In this document: piece after piece, positions 26,604 to 40,700 of the stretch
Layout: each line of letters begins with the position of its first letter
Numbering within the stretch: position 1 is the stretch's first letter
Assembly: GCA_002633005.1 (NCBI GenBank)
Contig: NMRA01000064.1
Span: 752,360-816,359 of the forward strand
DNA length: 64,000 bases
Direction: 5' to 3'
DNA from: Phoronis australis
Taxonomy: Eukaryota; Animalia; Phoronida
Made by a program: the position numbers and the translations under genes
The notes under the pieces: model-generated
What the model was told of the DNA's origin: nothing
The model's input: only the letters and a program-made list of their open reading frames with translations
Databases searched by the model: none

Positions 26604-28610
26604 GTGTCTGATACGTGTTGTGTCGGCTTGTGACGCCCAATATTCTACCGTGTTCTATTTAAAGCAAGTCGGCTTCGCAACAACTTCGCGCAAATGAAAT
26701 CATTAAACATGTCAAACGATAAAGAGGTGTTTTCTGGAGCCACTGATGGTTCCTGTGTTCTTGTTGGTAACGGATTTCATATCCTATCACGGTAAGAAAT
26801 ATTATGGACTTAAGTGACTTTATTCATTTTTTGTTTTCTTTTGCAGCTAAATACTGGGGAAACTGCAGTTTTTGGATTATTTATGTTTCACTTATCAACT
26901 CATGGTCTCACTGGACTCGGGAATAATGAAATGTTTCCAAATAGCTAGTTGCCCCATAATTTGGCTTTAGGCTCAACGAACAAAGTGTTGGATATCGACC
27001 GAGTCTGACTTTGATCTCAAATACACAACCTTGAAAATATAAAACGGTAACGCTCTTTGATATAGTTAATGAAGCGCGAAACATCGGAGTATTGAAATTT
27101 GGACACACCCTTGAATTATACAAAGAATTGTGGAGCAAAAATAATAATTTACTTTCAGAATGGATATCGAGAGAAACTAAATATTAAACTGAGAATGTGT
27201 TTTAAGGGACAACTAGAAACTCACACTTGACTGTCAGAAACTACTTTTGATTGAGGCCACTCACTGCTATATGGAGCGCGATGACGTCACTTTGAAAGTG
27301 TAATCTGAAGAAAATGGCATTTTTTTAACATCAGAACCTGGTTTACACATCTCCGTTGTCGTATATGCTAACAAAATCCATTTCATAAAAGTTTGGTTGT
27401 CAAAATTTACCACACCAAATATTTGTGTTGTTGTGTTGATTCTCACCAATAATAGTGAAAGATTCATTATCTGACGTAGGCTTGTGGCATGTAGGTTACT
27501 AAATGTAACGCAAGGAGGCGTGGTGCAAACTAAATTGTGTTGGTGGGTTTACTCACTTGTAGATTATTATGTCTGCATGTTGTTATTCTTCTAAAATTCG
27601 AAACGCATTTCAGTATAACTAGCGACTAGAATTAGCATTCATTGAAACAATTGTATCTGGAAAAAAATTTGTGAAGTATAACTTTTACTAAACATGCAAT
27701 GCAGATATTGAATTTGTAACAATTTATCTCGGCATGTTTAGGGATGACGTATCTTGCCAGAATGATGACGCGATATATATCGGCAATAGAAAAAGAAATG
27801 CACAGTCACGCATTACATATTCAATAATTCTGAACATCCTGGATTTTTCTGATTCAGTTAATTACGATGGCAAATTAGCACTTGAACAATTTATAAAATT
27901 ATATGTTTCGATTTATCGTGTGGTCAGGCAATGACTGTATCCAATGTATGCTCCGGGTGCGTTGAGAAGGATTAGGGTTGACCAGGTCCATAACCATGTA
28001 ATAATTTTGTGCTTAATAATTTCCAGCGCTGCGTAAAATCGGGCCTAGTTATTATTAATATTATTTTCAAAACCGTCAAAATAATGCCATACTAAACGCA
28101 TGTGACCCAGTTGGTGACAGATTGGTGTAAAGTTCCAAATGACTTTCTTGTTTCATGAAAGGTATACATCCTGAATTTACTAAATGACTTTTACTAGTTG
28201 TGAAGATTTTTTTAATTATTGACAAACTTTCTGCAAACTGAAGGTTACTTACATAGCTAATTGAATCACATTGTTGTTTCGCAATCAGTTTTGCGAAAAC
28301 AATAAGCTGTGTATGAACATAAAGTCCCAGTTTCCTTCATCTTATGCAGAATTCACCTGGAGGGTTTCCCATTGCCCCATCTAGCCATTTGCTGTATAAG
28401 TACACATTTATTCACTTACCGTGCCTCACATCAACAGGACACGTCAGTACACAATGTAGTTTTGACATACATATTGCGTGGGTAGTTGGAACCGACTGTC
28501 AACAACATGGTCACATTGATCCTTTCTAAGGGCCTTTGTGTAATATTGTGATACTTAATGGAACCAGTCGTCTGTCTCTTTAGAAAACCCGCAGTGTTTT
28601 GGCGCAAGAC

Positions 28611-28724
28611 ATGGCGGCGAAGAAGAGCTTTGTTGCACTCATCTCTACCATGCTGTTTCAAATATCTAGAACTTTGTATGAAACTGAAATACGGAATCTC
28701 TTCAACAAGGAATTAACTGGAGAG
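28611..28724 (+). CDS. Fusion gene exon 1: leader / putative signal peptide
   Basis: GACATGG context; [38 protein letters not shown]; gtgagt donor, phase 0. Confidence 0.7.
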
Positions 28725-31700
28725 GTGAGTAAGATGTTTCAGGTATTCACCCCGCGCCATCGCGGCCAACACTGAGACCACGTTTGGCGGCACACGAAAT
28801 GACCATCGAGTCAACCCAACTTGTTAAGAGTGCAAATGACTATCACGAACAGTCAATTTGAGAAATGTAACGACATATGGCTTGATAAAAAATCGTTTTT
28901 TTAGACTAAAGGAGGGTTCATATAGCAGATTCAAGCTAAAACCATACTTTCGAATGTTAAGCTTGACAAAACCGCTTTCGCAAAGTGGTCGAGCCCGTTC
29001 TTGAATGGTGCGAATAACATTTCTTGTAAGATAATTGTATATTCCGTAGTGATTATTTACTCAGGAGTGACCGTGGGTGCAGAGCCAACATCACATGCTG
29101 ATATTTATTTATCAGGGTACGTACTACGGGAAATCTGGTGAAAACGGCGGAACGTGTACCCTCAAAGATCCGTTCACGCCAGTTCTAGCCAACGTTGATG
29201 CTGCTGTTGCCATAGCAACGAGTCCGCTATTTTACCAGTCATACACGTGCGGTATGTGCGCCAAGGTAAGAGCAATTGTTACAGCCAGGTATGAAGTGAC
29301 GGAGCACCCCTTGTTGTAACATCTGATAACAAAGGACCGCTGTGTTTTGCACAGCTGACTCAAACCGACAGTCATTCATTGAACTTCAGCATATCTCTTG
29401 ATACCTGATAGTGCAGCGTTTTAGCTTTGATCTGTCTTGTGATTTGATGAAAGGAATTATTTTGAATGCTCCGCTATATTTCTCGTTACTTTACATTCAA
29501 CTGATCAGGAGCGATAAACCAGCGACATCACTGAAAAACCAACTTTTCAATTAGGCAACGTGTCTTTCTAAAATCATTCTCACCTCGTTCCTTGATCAGA
29601 TTAGAGATGAATTTTAAGGTTGGGGAGTTCTAACACTTGACATTACTTCACACCGGACCTATTATTTCGTGTTTTTTTTTCAGGGGATTATAGAAGTCAA
29701 TGTAGTACGACTGTCACCGTTTTTGTAACGAATTTCAATTCTAATTCAAAGGTAGGATAGCAACGCGATGACGTTGGTCTAGACGAACAGACGCGACAGC
29801 GAAAAAGTAGATTTTTGGCTCCAAGACGTAATTTTGAAAGGCTTTTACTATCAGTAGTGTCAGTAGATATTCTCAAGTTTTCGTCTCATTTGAATCTTTC
29901 ATGTAAAAACTAAATCAGTGAGTTGAGTTATCAAGCACGTGCTCGCTTACATGAGGTGATCCCACCTAAGAGAGATTGTGAGTGCAAATGGGATTGAGGG
30001 TCTAAACCCGTGAGAAACACGTCCGAACCAGTTTGGCGATTACAATAGAATCAGAAGCCACATTGTACGACTAAACGTATCGAATGCTGATCTGATGAAT
30101 CACATGTGAAGTTAAACGAACCAAAAATAAATAAAACAAACTTTTTATTTGAAATTTCTCTTTTCTCATTCTCTCCTGAATACAAATTTCTTGCAATGCC
30201 AGTCACGAAGTGCTGCGTGACGGCGCGCAGTAATCCATCAGAGGTACTATCGACTCGCTCTACTGTCAGTATAACATGATACTTTAGTATAAATGCTAAT
30301 GACAAGTCCGAATTGAAGGCGTACACTTCAGTGGTAAGGTTTAGTGTGTGTTTACGCGTCAGGTAACATGAAAGATTACCCAATATTTGTTCAGGTCACG
30401 GCTGATGGCACAGGTTCCGGAAGTAACCCATTGCCCAGTGAGAGCACCGTATACATCATGGATCAGTGTCCGAGTTGCCATGGCAAAGGTGAGCACAACG
30501 CGCGTTCATCATCAAAGAAATTGTTTAAGTAATTTGAACACCATGACTCTCAAAGTGGTCACTTGTGTGGGAATGTCCACTGATTGATCTTTAAAATCGT
30601 TTTTTTCATTTTAAAAATTGCAAACCTGTGTCGATCATGCTCTGTGTTGTTTTCAAGCCCTCGTAAATACATGAAGGCAACGACTGAGACAATTTTTTGT
30701 CGATTGTCAACAAGTGCATAGAATCAGATCAGTTTAATTAGCGATTACTTCTCTGCCTTGCAAAGGTATTTTTAAACACTTGTTTAAAAATGTTTTTAAA
30801 AACACATTCGCCTCTAACCTGCGATAAACGACGCACCGTCATGGTACCGAACTCACGAAATGTTAGTGCAAAATGTCTATTTTTGAGTCAGTATTGGAGA
30901 TATCCTGATTGTAAGACATTTCAATTGTTTAGATCTTGACTACGCTCTTGATGGTGACGGACGATGGAACATTAAGTGGATAGCAATACCATGTCCCGTG
31001 GGCAACGCCAAGATGCAGTATAAGTTTGCTGGGAGCAACAATTGGTACATAAAACTACAGACAAGAAATGAACGGTAACCGATTTCTGCTCTTTGTTTGA
31101 TAATGTACAGCACGCAAACAAATGCTCAAAAGGCCATTAAACCCACGACTTCTGTCAAAAATCCAACTTTTGATTTAGTTCGTCTTGCCTTATTCAGATC
31201 GGACATTAATGATTTCCAGGCACGATAAGAACTGACAGATGGTTGCAGTTGTTGCTTTGGATATGGCAAGTGAAGTTTGTTGGTCACAGCATGTTAGTTT
31301 ATTGTTGCTTTGGATATGGCACGTGAAGTTTGTTGGTCACAGCCTGTTAGTTCCTTGTGCCGCCGAAACGTTATGGCCACCAGGGGAATTCCAGACGTTG
31401 TACTGCCACCAATTTCAATTTGAGTTAAGGAGACGAACATTATGACAATCACACCAGTTTCGGGCAAAATTATGGAAAATTCGAGTACAAAAAAAAAACA
31501 ACAGACAACGCAGCTCCCAATGAAAAAGCACAGAAGCGTCATCAACAGCGAAATATATACATGTGGAAGAGATCATATAAATTATATTAAATGGGGCTTC
31601 AGTTCGTCAACTATTCATACAAGGAAATAGATAGCCCCATAAAATCACACAATCAAAGTACCACGTCATCAAAATATGCGGCCCAAACAGCCATTAATTT

Positions 31701-34700
31701 GATTGTGAATAATACGCGATAGTGTCATAATGGCACAATTATTGATGTAATTGTCTGAAGAATTCCAAGAGTACTGTTTCTTTTGAAGATAGTTGGTAAA
31801 GCATTATTTCAGTGCAATTTTCGTGAGACTCTATAACTAGCTGTGTAGATTTTCTGGTCAGACGTGGAATTTGAGGATTATAAGTTTATATCACATAGCA
31901 TAGTCCGAATATAATCTTGCTGAGATCCATTCATGCAGCCGCAGAACCAGAATTTCCTTCAGGGGGTCCGGCAAGGAAAGATGTCATGGATTCATGGAAT
32001 GTCTCAATTACAAAAAAGTAAAAGTGACCGAGCAGAGGTGCCCGAACCCCCTGGGCCCTCTCTTGGATCTGCGCCTGTTATGTCTTCTTGTATTCATCAG
32101 CGGACGTGATTGGGGTGACTAATATCGAATCCATTTCAGTTATCCCGTGACTGAAGCCTGTTTAACGCACGAGAAAACTGGTGGCACGTGCACACCGCTA
32201 GGGAGGACATCTGACGGCTTCTGGACGCAAACCAATACGGCGCTCAGGCCAATCAACCCTCCACTGTCAATCAAACTAACAGCTCTGAACGGAGAAGTCA
32301 TCACCGATACAGTTAGTGAAATAAGTGAGTGTGCATATCAAAGAAATCGTGCAGTAAGTATTCAAAACGGTATTTAAACGCTTTTTGATTTCCAAAAAGG
32401 TGTGACTGGATCACATTGTCACATGCCATGTTGCTGCTGAATTAGTAGTGAAAGGTTTGAAACATTATGCCACTTCCCTTACACTAGTTTCAAAATAGGT
32501 CAACACATGATGGTGTATTAGGATGCGCTTCTCACTTGTAAACACATGATTATGTAGACGGTGTATTAGGGTGTGCTCCTCACTGGTAAACACATGATTA
32601 TGAAGACGGTGTATTAGGGTGTGCTCCTCACTGGTAAACACATGATTATGAAGACGGTGTATTAGGATGTGCTCCTCACTGGTAAACACATGATTATGAA
32701 GACGGTGTATTAGGATGTGCTCCTCACTGGTAAACACATGATTATGAAGACGGCGTATTAGGGTGTGCTCCTCACTTGTAAACACATGATTATGTAGACG
32801 GTGTATTAGGATGTGCTCCTCACTGGTAAACACATGGTTATGAAGACGGTGTATTAGGGTGTGCTCCTCACTGCCCATATTGCGTTAATCCTTAGTACGC
32901 ATAAAACTGCATTTAGTTTTGTTTAGCTCAAAAGGAAAGAAAATCGAATATTGAATTTGGTCGTTTACTCTCATAAAATCGGTCACATAATAATCCTTAA
33001 CGAGACTGGATTCTATTTTTGTTAGCAACAAGAACATTGAAACCATCAGCGACTCAAGACAACGTTTCGAATGTCATGGGAGTTATTCAATCCTAAAACT
33101 GCGAATTGGAAAATGACAGCTGTACGCAGCTTTGTCTGAACAGGCGGTAACGGAAATAGAATCCTGTCACGTAATGGATTATAATTAGGCCGATTTCATG
33201 ATCGCGAAACCCCAGGTTTTTCTTTTTAGCAACTAGTTAAACAAGTAGAAATGCAGCTTTAATAAACTCAAAGAGGTTGTCAGGACCAACTGTTTGTTTT
33301 GAGTGTAGCTCCTGTAACTGCTAAAAATATCCAATAAATAGCACTGGAAGTGATTAAAGGCCGCGCATTCACAGTCAAAATCTACAGTGCGTTTTCGTTT
33401 CGTTTTCAGCCAACGACAAGGTAATCGATGGTACTGGGGTTCAGTTTCCAGAAGACAACAGCTTAGGTACATTCAAATGTACTGTCTACAAGAGTTTGAA
33501 ACAAAATGTATTATTTAGAGGCAATGTTCATTTTACATGTATTTCCAAGACGATTCTCTAAATGCTAATATAAGTGTTACTTTTTTATTTATATACAATT
33601 GCCAACAAGACTTCAAGTTATTACTAAAAATTAATTTTGAATTCAATTTCAGGGCCTGGTGGCCAACCAAGTTCAGTTACGTCTACGGCTGCACCTGTAA
33701 CACAAGCAGGTCAGTTGCCATTCATAAGTGAGCTGAGTGAAACGGAGTTTGTCTAATTAGGAGATCTCCGTGTTGTATATCTGTATAAATATATAACATG
33801 ACCATGGTTGTTTCTACAATTGTACTACGCAACTTTCACATCAGTTAATCAACTCACCACCTTTCTTCTCTCTTTTTAAGTTGGTTTCGTCTTTGGTTTT
33901 TCGTACATTTTTACATCGTTTTCAAGATTTTATTAATCTTCTGGAATGTACTCTAAGTAGAACTAAAATCTCCGCCATGACACTTCAAGAATAAAAAAAT
34001 GCAGGATGTCCGATTTGGAACTTGCTTGAACTCGAATTAAGCTTTGTTTCTTTCTCCCCCGTCGATTTATCATGACAGCAAAGGCGATAACTTTCTTTAA
34101 TTTTGCTCTGAGTTCATTATAATTTACCTAAATCATAGGATGTCTAAAATCTCATATTCATTGTGTCTAAACTCGCATTTGTAGCTTTTGTAGCTTGTAT
34201 GACGCGACCTTGGATTTTACACTCGTCATGTACAATGTACAAGAACACAAATTAAAGATTCTAAACCAAAACATATGCATAGCAAGTTAAAGATATCTAT
34301 TCCAAATATACGCATATTAAATTTAACAGAAGTTATGTAAATTATGTTGGATATGCAGTTCAGATGGATTGGTCAGTTCAGAAATTAGTAAAGGTTCTCA
34401 AGCGCCTCATGCCAACAGCGCTCAAGGCGAACGTGTCATCATGGCATTTTTGTCAATTTATTCAAGATAGTGGATTTTACATTTTAGAGGCTAATGAAGC
34501 AAGTAGCACCGTGCAGGCGACACCATCCTCGGAGCGTCCTTCAGGTAGGAACATGAGAGGACTGTGTTGTGAACCTCGTAAAATAAAATAGAAGACACTT
34601 ACTTACCTTGTCCTTATAGCCAATGAGGTGCGACAGGTGCCAACCCACCCTCACCTGCAGCTAAAAGAGCTTCCCATTGGCAGTTCAGGGGATGGTTCCA

Positions 34701-37700
34701 ACAAAACTGACTTAGCTAAGACAAATCTTAAATTTTAGTAAATTTTAAGATAAAATTTAAATTTGTATCGGGACCGTTTCAAGAAAAAGATCTTAAGTTT
34801 GAATTAAGTTTTTGATAAAAGTTTTGTCTTAATTTTAACTATCTTACCGGATGTGGAAGTTTCAAAGCATGGAAGTTGAGAAAAATCTTAGACTTAAGTC
34901 AAAAATGAACTTAAATCATTTTCTTGGAACGGGCCCAAGGTCCGCCTCAGCCCCAGAACAATTTATGACGGGTGAACGGCTGATGACATCTCCGGGAGTG
35001 GAAACTTGACGGCGACAGGGGGGGGGGACTATTTAAGCAAAATTAAACGTACGTTAACCAAAATTCCGTACATGCCAGTTGCAGTAGGTGGCTACATGCA
35101 TGCGGTCTAATATTATCATATTCACAATTATTTTAACTATTTGATGGCGTANGTTTAGCTCAAAAGGAAAGAAAATCGAATATTGAATTTGGTCGTTTAC
35201 TCTCATAAAATCGGTCACATAATAATCCTTAACGAGACTGGATTCTATTTTTGTTAGCAACAAGAACATTGAAACCATCAGCGACTCAAGACAACGTTTC
35301 GAATGTCATGGGAGTTATTCAAACCTAAAACTGCGAATTGGAAAATGACAGCTGTACGCAGCTTTGTCTGAACAGTGTCGGTAACGGAAATAAAATCCTG
35401 TCACGTAATGGATTACAATTAGACCGATTTCATGATCGCGAAACCCCAGGTTTTTCTTTTTAGCCACTAGTTAAACAAGTAGAAATGCAGCTTTAATAAA
35501 CTCAAAGAGGTTGTCAGGACCAACTGTTTGTTTTGAGTGTAGCTCCTGTAACTGCAAAAAATATTCAATAAATAGCACTGGAAGTGATTAAAGGCCGCGC
35601 ATTCACAATCAAAATCTACAGTGCGTTTTCGTTTCGTTTTCAGCCAACGACAAGGTAATCGATGGTACTGGGGTTCAGTTTCCAGAAGACAACAGCTTAG
35701 GTACATTCAAAAGTACTGTCTACAAGAGTTTGAAACAAAATGTATTATTTAGAGGCATTGTTCATTTTACATGTATTTCTAGACGATTCTCTAAATGCTA
35801 ATATAAGTGTTACTTTTTTATTTACATAAAATTATCAACAAGACTTCAAGTTATTACTAAAAATTAAATTTGAATTCAATTACAGGGCCTGGTGGCCAAC
35901 CAAGTTCAGTTACGTCTACGGCTGCACCTGTAACACAAGCAGGTCAGTTGCCATTCAGTGAAACGGAGTCCGATCTCCGTGTTGTATATCTGTATAAATA
36001 TGTAACATGACCATGTTTGTTTTTACAATTGTACTACGCAACTTGCACATCAGTTAATCAACTCACCACCTTTCTTCTCTCTCTTTAAGTTGGTTTCGCC
36101 ATTGGTTTCGTACATTTTTACTTCGTTTTCAGGATATTATTAATCTTCTAGAATGTACTCTAAGTAGAGCTATAATCTCCGCCATGACACTTCAAGAATA
36201 AAAAATGCAGGATGTCCGATTTGGAACTCGCTTGAACTCGAATTAAGCTTTGTTTCTTTCTCCCCCGTCGATTTATCATGAAAGCAAAGGCGATAACTTT
36301 CTTTAATTTTTCTCTGAGTACGTTATAATTTACCTAGATCATAGGATGTCCAAAATCTCATATTCATTGTGTCAAAATTCGCATTTGTAGATTTTGTAGC
36401 TTGTATGACAAGACCTTGGATTTTACACTCGTCATGTACAATGTACAACAACTCAAATTAAAGATCCTAAACCCAAACATATGCATATCAAGTTAAAGAT
36501 ATCTATTCCAAATATACGCATATTAAATTTAACAGAAGTTATGTAAACTAAGTTGGATATGCAGTTCAGATGGATTGGTCAGTTCAGAAATTAGTAAAGG
36601 TTCTCAAGCGGATCATGCCAACAGCGCTCAAGGCGAACGTGTCATCATGGCATTTTTTGTCAATTTATTCAAGATAGTGGATTTTACATTTTTAGAGGCT
36701 AATGAAGCAAGTAGCACCGTGCAGGCAACACCATCCTCGGAGCGTCCTTCAGGTAGGAACATGAGAGGACTGTGTTGTGAACCTCGTAAAATAAAATAGA
36801 AGACGCTTACTTACCTTGTCCTTATAGCCAATGAGGTGCAACAGGTACCAACCCACCCTCACCGGCAGCTTATACAGCTTCCCATGGGCAGATCAGGGGA
36901 TGGTTCCAACAAAACTGACTTAGCTAAGACAAATCTTAAATTTTAGTAAATTTTAAGATAAAACTTAAATTTGTATCGAGACCGTTTCAAGAAAGAGATC
37001 TTAAGTTTGAATTAAGTTTTTGATAAAAGTTTTTTCTTAATTTTAACTATCTTACCGGATGTGGAAGTATCAAAGTATGGAAGTTGAGACAAATCTTAGA
37101 CTTAAATCAAAAATGAACTTAAGTCATTTTCTTGGAACGGGCCTCAGGTCCGCCTCAGCCCCAGAACAATTTATGACGGGTGAACGGCTGATGACATCTC
37201 CGGGAGTGGAAACTTGTCGGTGACGGGGGTGCAGGGGGGACTATTTAAGCAAAATCAAAGTACGTTAACCAAAATTCCGTGCATGGCAGTTGCAGTAGCT
37301 GGCATCATATAGCTATCATATTTACAATTATTTTAACTATTTGATGGCGTAAAAATGGTAAAACGTGACTGTATTATTGAAGAGCATGGATTTGGTTACT
37401 CGTGTGGTTGTGTACTTTGCGCATGAACGTGTGCGCGTGTATTATTTGTATTCAACCCAACTAAAATTATGCAGTGATTTCTGGGTCATTTCTGTCACCG
37501 TATTAATCGCTGTGGTAGATTAGTTTATCACCAAAGTCCTGTCCATTTCAGATCACGTGCGAGTTTGTTATTACACCAACTGGGCCCAATACCGTAATTC
37601 TCCTATGAAGTACCTACCCAGTAATGTGGACCCCTTCCTGTGCACCCATATCGTCTACGCGTTTGCCAAGATCGACACCAACAATAAACTAGCACCATAC

Positions 37701-40700
37701 GAGTGGAACGACGAAAGTAAGTACCATCGTACTGACAAAACTAAGTACAATTTTACAATTCTATTACTGACGAAATGATAAAAATAACGTCTAAATTAAA
37801 AAATGAAACGTTTTAACATGTAGGACTATTAGGCGGTGAGCACTGTGACAAAATCTGCCAATCGAATATCTAAATTTTCCCCAAAAAATCCGTTCCTGAA
37901 GGCGGAAGGATGTTACTTACTTCGATCCACTGGTAAAAAATACAGACGCCCACTGAAAGGAAATCAAGTTTACGAAAAAAACTTAAGTTGCGGACAGCCT
38001 TCTGTTTACTTTCAAACGAACACTTTCTCCGTTAAATTTCAATATCTGGAATGTTAGCGATGGTTATTTTTTGTTCAGGTGTCGGTTACCCTGGGATAAT
38101 GGCTTTGAAAAGTCAAAACCCGTCTCTAAAAGTTTTGCTGGCTGTCGGAGGATGGAGTCACGGAACAGCGCCATTTACGAGAGTGGTCGGAAGTGCGTCC
38201 ATTCAGCAAGCGTTTATCAGTGACACAATAGCTTACTTAAGGAAACACAAATTTGACGGGTTAGATTATGACTGGGAATATCCTGGATCACGTGGAAGTC
38301 CGTCGGCAGACAAGGCTCGTTTCACAACTTTGGTGAAGGTAAGTAGTGTATATGCCTATCGGGCCTACCTTAGTCTGGCTACTACCTTAGTCATGCCACT
38401 AATAATTTGACGGAAACAACATATATTATTTTGTCATATGCTGTTACGCTACAAGTGATGCATTATTTCACTGTAGGATACTCGATCGGCATTTGATGAA
38501 GAGGCAAAGACAAGTGGAAAAAATCGTCTGCTGCTATCTGCTGCTGTGGCCGCGGGACAGAGTACAATAGACGCCGGATATGAGATCGACAAGTTAGCTA
38601 CGTAAGTTCAGACAAGGAGGAGGCTGTAACTCTGTACTTACTGAATTTCTCAAAGCATATAGTCACGAAGTGTCATAATTCACATCTTGTTGGAATGGAA
38701 TAAAGTCAAGCACAAAGAAAATTGGATCGGTAACTTTCGACTCCGGGATATTTGTTTTACACCGGGGTTCCAATTTCGATGGAACACTTTGAAACGCTAC
38801 CCAGGCACTGACTTGCCCATGGCAGACAGAACAATAAGGCGTGAGCTACGTGCTTTCACGACCNNNNNNNNNNNNNNNNNNNNNNNNNNNNNNNNNNNNN
38901 NNNNNNNNNNNNNNNNNNNNNNNNNNNNNNNNNNNNNNNNNNNNNNNNNNNNNNNNNNNNNNNNNNNNNNNNNNNNNNNNNNNNNNNNNNNNNNNNNNNN
39001 NNNNNNNNNNNNNNNNNNNNNNNNNNNNNNNNNNNNNNNNNNNNNNNNNNNNNNNNNNNNNNNNNNNNNNNNNNNNNNNNNNNNNNNNNNNNNNNNNNNN
39101 NNNNNNNNNNNNNNNNNNNNNNNNNNNNNNNNNNNNNNNNNNNNNNNNNNNNNNNNNNNNNNCTCCCTCCCCCTCTCCCTCCGCCTCTCCCTCTCCCTCG
39201 CCCTCTCTCTCTATGCTGGGCACAACTACTTGACTGCTGACCACTGGTCCAGGATAAGAACCCGCTACCTTTTGGTTGAGGGAGCACCACACTAATAACT
39301 GAAAAACATAGGCATGCGTTGCAATACTAAGACCACGTTATCTGTTTAACTCGCTTCATTTTCAGATATTTTGACTTCATCAATTTAATGGCTTACGATC
39401 TGCATGGGTCTTGGGAGTCGACTACAGGTCATCACGCAGGGTTGTACCCTCGGTCTGGTGAACAAGGCGATGCACGAACCATGAATGTGGTAAGAAACAG
39501 TAACTACAACGATTTGATTTTAAATTTATATACTTCATTTAAACAAGAAAATCGTTGGAATTGCACGATTTTTGTTCGAGACATAGATCGATATGTCACT
39601 CCATTATGCAAACTTCATCAACTCAACTGTGAATCATTCAGAGTGCAGTACCTAAAATGGTAAAAAACGCCATGAATCATTTTGTTTGGAGCGACGAGCG
39701 GAAAAAGGTAAGTGAGGTTAAAAAGTATGCCTATGGGGGAGGGTTGGCAAATCATTTTTATGATCCAAGGCTTGGTGAAGTAAAGTTTTGGAAAAAGTGA
39801 GTGTAGCTTAAACCACTCGGACCAATAACATTATCATGTGTTCTTGGCTCCGAGGAACCTTAATCCGGCATTGGATGTATTTTGTAAGAAATTCCAACGA
39901 CATAATCTACTACACAACGCAATTTCCACAAATTGTCTGTGCCAGATTATGCACCATCTGGCCAACCGTCGATGGGGACTTCCGGAGGTAAACATTTTTA
40001 GCGCCTCAGTTAACCCTACCAATTCCTGCACAGGCAACGGTTTGAAGATGTGCTTGTTTTTCATTTACTAGGATTGGGCCGTCAATAAATGGTTAGAAGG
40101 CACCCCTGCAAATAAACTAGTACTAGGACTCTCTACGTACGGCCGTTCTTTTACCCTGTCGTCTGCCAACACTGGCATTGGTGCTCCGGCAAGTGGCGCT
40201 GGTACTAAAGGACAGTATACTGCGGAGGCGGGATTTCTAGCTTATCATGAGGTATGTCGTTGAACCTTAAGTTCCTGGTAGTTCCCTTCCATAGTGGGAC
40301 ATTAATTTCTCAGTTTCGTTGAATGGAAAGCACTTTTAAAATCGCTTAGCCAAATTTATCGTAAATTCTAACCGAAGGCAAGGTAGACACACTGCCATTT
40401 TGAGAAAATTTACGTAGTTGATCGTTTTTGGTCGCTAATGTTTTCTAAAAATAAAAACCCACTTAGTTTAAACCATATCAAGTTTTCTTTACTGTTCAGA
40501 GCTATCTTGGCATTTATGGAATTGTTTTCATTTCTTCAGACGTTTCTCGTATGTTTTCAGAGCGGTCCCTCTTTAGTTTACTAATGTCCCATACGCTATG
40601 ACAACATCATGGATTACTGCGCACCGACGTACATGTTATGTGCCATGACGATAAACTAACCACTTGTCACCGCAGGCAAAAAAATAAGACGTCAAAATAT

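Larger units (their letters stand above)
32921..37351. repeat. 2.2-kb direct duplication (32921-35151 / 35153-37351) joined at a single N; probable haplotype artefact
   Basis: Near-identical copies with the breakpoint exactly at N 35152; duplicate exons at 35644-35700, 35886-35942, 36696-36752. Confidence 0.9.

Noticed and set aside
28395-28402. TATA-like TATAAGTA upstream of the fusion gene
   Set aside because: Plausible position but too weak to call in AT-rich DNA without TSS data
32502-32873. CRISPR-like array
   Set aside because: Head-to-tail units with no unique spacers; no cas genes; eukaryotic context. The same applies to 1-182 and 5746-5886
32465-32878. 137-aa His-rich repeat ORF on the minus strand
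   Set aside because: Translation of a 48-bp intronic minisatellite; open only because the unit is a multiple of 3 with no stop
33490-33545. [10 protein letters not shown] frame resembling an expansin C-terminus
   Set aside because: No in-phase acceptor; the 33410-33466 exon supplies the VQF end with good splice sites
38687-39295. Long ORFs across 38864-39162
   Set aside because: Artefact of the N gap plus a (CCCTCT)n tract
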